The translations under genes and the position numbers were made by a program. From Minisyncoccota bacterium (GTDB taxonomy: Bacteria > Patescibacteriota > Minisyncoccia > Phycocordibacterales > DATDWN01): a DNA stretch of 64,000 nt. The stretch lies in contig JBAZZC010000001.1 of assembly GCA_041658985.1 (NCBI GenBank), positions 1,813 through 65,812 of the forward strand, in the 5' to 3' direction. The notes below the pieces were generated by a model. The model searched no databases. It was not told the origin of the DNA and worked only from the letters and a program-made list of their open reading frames with translations. Below are positions 59,168 through 64,000 of this stretch, piece by piece (the first letter of the stretch is position 1; every line of letters starts with the position of its first letter).

Positions 59168-59298
59168 ATCCGCACACTAAGTCTATCATCGTTTTATTTC
59201 ATAAAACATAAGGATAATCATAAAATATCTAGTAAAAATTCAGTTTAAACATGGAATTGCTAAAACAAGAGAAATAATGATAGACTTAGTGTGCGGAT
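59168..59298. repeat. Family A element, copy 7
   Basis: ATCCGCACACTAAGTCTATCAT ... ATGATAGACTTAGTGTGCGGAT. Confidence 0.92.
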
Positions 59299-59306
59299 AA
59301 AAAACC

Positions 59307-59576
59307 ATGGAAGGAGAAAATAAATCGTCAGTTGGCTCTATCATCGCAACAATTATAATTATTGCCATAATTATTTTGGGTGGACTATATTTTTGGGGAA
59401 AACGTCTAGAGGAAAACAAATCGAAAGAAGACTTAATAACAAGCTTTACTCCAGGAACAACAGAAACTAATGGAACAGAAGCAACAACCAGTGTTAGCAG
59501 TTCAGATGATTTAAATTCTATTGAAGCAGACCTCAACGCAACCGTCTTAGATGGTTTAGACGCTGATTTACAATAA
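59307..59576 (+). CDS. Small single-TM protein
   Basis: TM segment plus acidic tail SSSDDLNSIEADL. Confidence 0.7.
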   Translation: MEGENKSSVGSIIATIIIIAIIILGGLYFWGKRLEENKSKEDLITSFTPGTTETNGTEATTSVSSSDDLNSIEADLNATVLDGLDADLQ

Positions 59577-59671
59577 AATTTACAAAAACGAAATCTGTAA
59601 AGACCACCTCAAGGTGGTTTTTACTTACCAAAATTGACTGGATTGCGCATATACGATAAAGTCTAAGAGCT

Positions 59672-60745
59672 ATGTCACAACAAAAACACTACACGGATAT
59701 AAAAATCAACTCGTTACCAGACAGAGAAATTGAAATTATTGGGACAATAACGGCCGAAAAAATGGCCCTCATGAGAGAGCGGGCTTTGGCTAAGATTAAA
59801 GCTGATTTAGAACTCCCGGGGTTTAGAAAAGGCAATGCTCCTGATAATATTGTTGCCCAAAAAGTTGGGGAAGGAAAATTGTTAGAAGAGGCAGCGGAAA
59901 TTGCCTTGTCAGAGGAGTATCCAAATATTTTAGAAGAAAACAAGATTGATGCCATCGGCCGACCAGAGATTTCTATAACCAAAATAGGTTTAGGAAGCTC
60001 AATGGAATTTAAAGTTAAAACCTCTCTTATGCCCGAAGTTAAACTTGGAGATTATAAAAAATTAGCCTCATCGGCTAACTCGCCGAAGAGGCGAGATGAA
60101 ATTCTCGTTTTGGACTCGGAAATTGAGGATGTAATAAAAGATATACAAAAAAACATTGCCCATCAGAAATTGCATAAATCCGCCGATGAGGCGGAACATA
60201 ACCATGCAGAAATTAAAGACAGTGATTTACCAGAAGTTAATGATGAGTTTGCCAAAATGATTGGTGGGTTCAAAGATGTGGTAGAAATGAAAGAGAAAAT
60301 TAAAGAGAACATTGCTTTGGAAAAAAGCCTGAAAGAAAAAGATAAAAGAAGAACGGTAATCCTTGAAGCAATAATGAAAAAATCTGCAATTGACTTACCA
60401 AAAATAATTGTTGATGGAGAATTAGAAAAAATGTTGGCTCAATTCAAGGATGATTTGGCCAGAGCCAGTATTACTTACGAAGATTATTTGAAACACATAA
60501 AAAAGACCGAGGAAGACTTAAAAACCGAGTGGAAAGATGTGGCTGTAAAACGTGCAAAATCACAAATCATCCTGAATAACATTGCAAAAGAGGAAGCTAT
60601 CGCTCCAAAAGAAGAAGAGGTGAAGAAAGAAATGGAACATATTCTCTCACAATACAAAGACGCGGAACGTTTCCGTGTCCGAATGTATGTTGAAACATTT
60701 CTCACCAATGAACTTGTTTTTCAGTTTCTTGAATCACAGAAATAG
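59672..60745 (+). CDS. tig: Trigger factor (short, apparently lacking the FKBP domain)
   Basis: LPGFRKGNAP ribosome-binding motif, DEFAK; 357 aa. Confidence 0.9.
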   Translation: MSQQKHYTDIKINSLPDREIEIIGTITAEKMALMRERALAKIKADLELPGFRKGNAPDNIVAQKVGEGKLLEEAAEIALSEEYPNILEENKIDAIGRPEISITKIGLGSSMEFKVKTSLMPEVKLGDYKKLASSANSPKRRDEILVLDSEIEDVIKDIQKNIAHQKLHKSADEAEHNHAEIKDSDLPEVNDEFAKMIGGFKDVVEMKEKIKENIALEKSLKEKDKRRTVILEAIMKKSAIDLPKIIVDGELEKMLAQFKDDLARASITYEDYLKHIKKTEEDLKTEWKDVAVKRAKSQIILNNIAKEEAIAPKEEEVKKEMEHILSQYKDAERFRVRMYVETFLTNELVFQFLESQK

Positions 60746-60800
60746 AAAATATAAATTGTATTTGACTTTTTTCATATTTATTGGTAATATCCTATAGGAT

Positions 60801-61259
60801 TTGGAAGAGATATTCCTTGCACTTAACCACAAGGGGGTGTCTGTGTTGTCTTGTTCTTTGCGTCCGACAACCCGATTGCGGGTAATACAATCACTCAAGC
60901 TTCTGGGTGGAATCACAAGCTCCATCTTCCCCGAAGTGGAAGCGGCTCTCCTTGGTAACCTCGATTATCAGAGAGCAATCGAGTTCATGATCCCCAACAA
61001 GACGATGGGGTGGTACAGATCAACGATGGACCTGTTGTTCTGTGAACTCCACCCGAAATACCGCGCGTCATGTCGCACGTACTATGTCAACAAGGGTCCG
61101 ATGCTGAAGGACCTCATCACGGTGGATGAGTGGGTAGAGTACAACAGTCGCCTACTCAAAGCCCTAGAGGTTGCCCACGATCTGTTCTGCGAACAGCGCC
61201 AGATGTGGTGGGGCTGGTATCGTCGGCGAGTGGAGAGAGCATTTCGGGCAACCGCCTGA
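60801..61259 (+). CDS. GC-rich orphan hypothetical protein
   Basis: 152-aa ORF (start uncertain); terminator CCCCAGAGC/GCTCTGGGG at ~61290-61315. Confidence 0.6.
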   Translation: MEEIFLALNHKGVSVLSCSLRPTTRLRVIQSLKLLGGITSSIFPEVEAALLGNLDYQRAIEFMIPNKTMGWYRSTMDLLFCELHPKYRASCRTYYVNKGPMLKDLITVDEWVEYNSRLLKALEVAHDLFCEQRQMWWGWYRRRVERAFRATA

Positions 61260-61323
61260 TAACTGCAGGGTTTCAAACGCAGACCCCCACCCCCAGAGCG
61301 TCGTTGCTCTGGGGGTTTGTAAT

Positions 61324-61384
61324 TTATAAAAATAACAAACTAGCTACAGCTATAGCTGCAGTTTCGGTACGGAGAATTTGAGTG
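61324..61384 (-). repeat. Displaced duplicate of the rsmE 3' end
   Basis: Encodes TQILRTETAAIAVASLLFL-stop; 15-bp identity CACTCAAATTCTCCG with 63606-63620. Confidence 0.85.
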
Positions 61385-61387
61385 AGA

Positions 61388-62308
61388 TTATTTCTTTAAC
61401 CACAAGACTACCGCCTGAGAAAGTTCTCTTTCGTATCCATTAAATCCGTGGTCGGCTCCTTTGATTATTTTATAATCAAAGTTCGGCTGTTTTGCCTTTA
61501 GGGTTTCCACAACTTCTTCTACATCATTTAAAAGATACTGGTCTTTTTCTCCATAAATAACAAATGATGGTTTCTTAATAAATTTAAAATACCTAAATAA
61601 AGGTTTCTTTGAAAGTTTATTTTTTCCGAGTGATTCATAAAACGGAAAAGTATTATAATCTCCATCTGGATTGGCTATATCATAAAAACCCTTATAGGAG
61701 AAAACAAAAGAAGGAAGCAGTTCGGGTATAATTTCGTTGCCTTTTTTGTTTTTAATCTTAGTTTTGGATTTAGATAAGAGTTTCCAAAATTTAATCTTGC
61801 CTAAATGGGTGTAATAACTGGCCGTATCATCTCCCCCGGACAGCAAGACATACTTCTCGATTTTATTTTTCGGCTTGTAAAAATTGTATACGCAAATTTT
61901 ATTTGCCCCCGTTGACGCCCCAATAAGATAAAACTTTTTATAACCTCGAGTTTTTAGGAAAGAGACGGCTCCGTCTATATCATAAACGCATTCTTTGATT
62001 TTTTCGTGTGCCGTACCAAAATATTTGGGAGTTTCCTTGTTCTTCTTTATTACTTTTAATCTCTTAATGATGTGAGCACCACGATTATTGAAATACAAAA
62101 TTGAAATTTTTTGTTTTTTGAGAGCTAAAGCCAAAGGGTGATTTTTCTCTTCATTATAAAACACAGATGCACTTCCGTTTCCGTGGAGAAATATAACCGC
62201 TGTTTTAGAGCCTTTGGACTCATAAAAAAGTCCGGGTAGATTTAGTCCATCTTCAGTTTTAAATTCTATAAATTCGGGTTTCATGTTTCTTTTGTGTTTT
62301 TTAAGCAT
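61388..62308 (-). CDS. Alpha/beta hydrolase (DUF1749-like)
   Basis: FLHG, GASTGA nucleophile elbow, YGEKD, GADH. Confidence 0.85.
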   Translation of the reverse strand: MLKKHKRNMKPEFIEFKTEDGLNLPGLFYESKGSKTAVIFLHGNGSASVFYNEEKNHPLALALKKQKISILYFNNRGAHIIKRLKVIKKNKETPKYFGTAHEKIKECVYDIDGAVSFLKTRGYKKFYLIGASTGANKICVYNFYKPKNKIEKYVLLSGGDDTASYYTHLGKIKFWKLLSKSKTKIKNKKGNEIIPELLPSFVFSYKGFYDIANPDGDYNTFPFYESLGKNKLSKKPLFRYFKFIKKPSFVIYGEKDQYLLNDVEEVVETLKAKQPNFDYKIIKGADHGFNGYERELSQAVVLWLKK

Positions 62309-62495
62309 ACCAGTTTAGTAAATAAAAATCATTATAAAATCCGGCGAGGGTTTCCCCTCGCCGGACCGACACTACCACAGGAACAGGGGGAGCCCCCCGC
62401 AGGCACGGGTAATGCTCCTGTACATTCACCACCTCCTTTCGTCTTGAACTCCAAGTTCCCTCTGATTGTGAACCGGCATACCACCACATGGGCGA

Positions 62496-63266
62496 TTAAG
62501 ACTTCGGTATCTCACGTTCCCTCCATGGATGAATGATTGGGAGCGACTTTTTGCGCCTCAATCCGAGCAAATGGTCCGTTCTAGCATCAGCTGCCTGAAG
62601 GAAGATTGCGTTCGGATAAAGGAGCTCAAGGGCCTCCCCGATGAGAGCGTAGTCGGCAAGTCGCTTACGCGACGAGGGCTCAAGTTCTGCGCGACGGGTA
62701 TACCTGAACTTGGGAATGCTCAGGCGATACCGAATGTCGGCGTCCAAGGCCAGAGATTGCTTCGACTCCCCGGCCCACCTGAGTGCACTTTCGTACGAGA
62801 TACACCCGGCGGTGACCGCCTTCGGCTCAATGTCGGACCAGAAAAGAATATCGCCTGGAGGTGCTTTTCCTTCCTCCCTGGCAATTTCAATCTGAAGCCA
62901 CGCCTCTTCCCGAAGCTCGGATTGCGGTTGGAACCACCCCCACGTCCTGACCCATTCCAAATCCTGGACAAAGAGCGTGAGGGTGACTTCTTTTCCCAGG
63001 TTTTGGAGGCGCTCAATCAACCCCTCGGTTTTTTGCCGAACACTCCGACTGAAAAACCCGACCGAGGCCACATTGAGGTCTCGTCCATCTTCGGTTCCCG
63101 TTGCACAGGAAATACCGACAAGATGGACGGTGGGGGTATTTAGAGCTTCGCACAGCTCCGGAACCGAAACGATATTTTCAGTCTCGGTTTCCTCAAGAAG
63201 AGCAAAGGTGCTCGCCTCAACCCCTCGAAGCTTAGAGACTGCCTGTCTCGCATCCCGGTTAGCCAT
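62496..63266 (-). CDS. GC-rich hypothetical protein
   Basis: 256-aa ORF with AGGAG SD. Confidence 0.7.
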   Translation of the reverse strand: MANRDARQAVSKLRGVEASTFALLEETETENIVSVPELCEALNTPTVHLVGISCATGTEDGRDLNVASVGFFSRSVRQKTEGLIERLQNLGKEVTLTLFVQDLEWVRTWGWFQPQSELREEAWLQIEIAREEGKAPPGDILFWSDIEPKAVTAGCISYESALRWAGESKQSLALDADIRYRLSIPKFRYTRRAELEPSSRKRLADYALIGEALELLYPNAIFLQAADARTDHLLGLRRKKSLPIIHPWREREIPKS

Positions 63267-63559
63267 CTCACTTCTCCTGTCTTTGTGATAGTGTGAAAGA
63301 ACTTCGAAGAGTTATCTCCGACCAGACACCTGTCTGGGACCTGCTTGCAATATTTTGTAAACAGGTCCAAAACGAAAACGACCCTCGAGTGAGGATCGTT
63401 TCTTTGTGTCTTTTTTGGCCTATTACACTCTACAGAATAGAAAAAATCCTCACTTTATGGGCGTTAAAGTGTGCAAACCAAGTGGATTTTTTCTGTATGT
63501 TTGAAATCATATGCTTATTCACTATAGTACCACTTGCCTCAGTTTTTTGTCAAACCGAT

Positions 63560-64000
63560 CTACAAGAGTAGCAAACTGGCCACAGCGATGGCGGCAGTTT
63601 CAGTGCGGAGAATTTGAGTGCCGAGAGAGACAATTGGCATATTGTAAGATTTGAATTGAGCGATTTCTTTGTCTGAAAACCCCCCTTCTGGACCAATAAA
63701 AGCAGCAAAAGATGCCTGGTTTGTACTATTTATGTATTGTTTGAAAGAAATTCCAGTTGGATGGAAAGCTATTTTCTCTTGAGGCAACATTCCCCCCTGA
63801 AATAAATCTTGAATTGTTGTTATTTCATGAATTTCCGGAATATCACTTCTCCCCGACTGTTCTGATGCCTCAATGGTAATTTTTTGCATTCTATCTAATT
63901 TTAATTTTCTTTTTTCAGAATGTTCACAAATTATTGGAACAATGTGATTTACTCCAAGCTCTGTCGCTTTTTGAACCAGTAACTCAAAATTATCTTTTTT
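63560..64000 (-). CDS. rsmE: 16S rRNA m3U1498 methyltransferase (partial, runs off right edge)
   Basis: QKATELG, EASEQSGR, FIGPEGGFS, LG.QILRTETA. Confidence 0.93.
   Translation of the reverse strand, partial: KKDNFELLVQKATELGVNHIVPIICEHSEKRKLKLDRMQKITIEASEQSGRSDIPEIHEITTIQDLFQGGMLPQEKIAFHPTGISFKQYINSTNQASFAAFIGPEGGFSDKEIAQFKSYNMPIVSLGTQILRTETAAIAVASLLLL

Noticed and set aside
62301-62489. 62-aa ORF in the rsmE islet
   Set aside because: Its 3' half runs through GC hairpins (62341-62364, 62374-62420); more likely terminator or UTR, though a short peptide is not excluded.
12663-62895. Numerous antisense or nested ORFs (e.g. 12663-13223, 24402-24860, 51343-51924, 62529-63143)
   Set aside because: Shadows of well-supported genes on the opposite strand.
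1-64000. Reverse transcriptase, integron integrase or Cas genes
   Set aside because: No ORF with recognisable RT, tyrosine recombinase or Cas motifs in the supplied translations.

Overview
AT-rich bacterial chromosome segment with the hallmarks of a Patescibacteria (CPR, Parcubacteria-like) genome: no rpmD in the spc operon, a type IV pilus cluster, split ComEC, membrane H+-PPase and a RAYT-type transposase. Most of the window is the str/S10/spc ribosomal protein supercluster on the minus strand, plus infC-rpmI-rplT, nusA, tig, recJ, tpiA and rsmE. It is repeatedly interrupted by GC-rich orphan cassettes and several families of structured non-coding repeats. The strongest non-obvious signal lies between pilB and pilC. 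Two GC-rich genes there have DGR-target-like C-termini, and a 36-nt non-coding segment (50690-50725) matches the 3' end of one of them (51350-51385) with 7 mismatches, all at template adenines. This is the diversity-generating-retroelement (DGR) signature. The template is short, has no reverse transcriptase or Avd gene in the window, and sits at the end of a ~310-nt hairpin-dense putative ncRNA. Also notable: a hairpin repeat family abutting stop codons (9 copies), a covarying inverted-repeat family just upstream of start codons (7 copies), in-frame palindromes inside housekeeping proteins, a probable 6S RNA, and a 2.2-kb islet bounded by a recoded duplicate of the rsmE 3' end. All alignments and folds were done by eye; no database searches were run.
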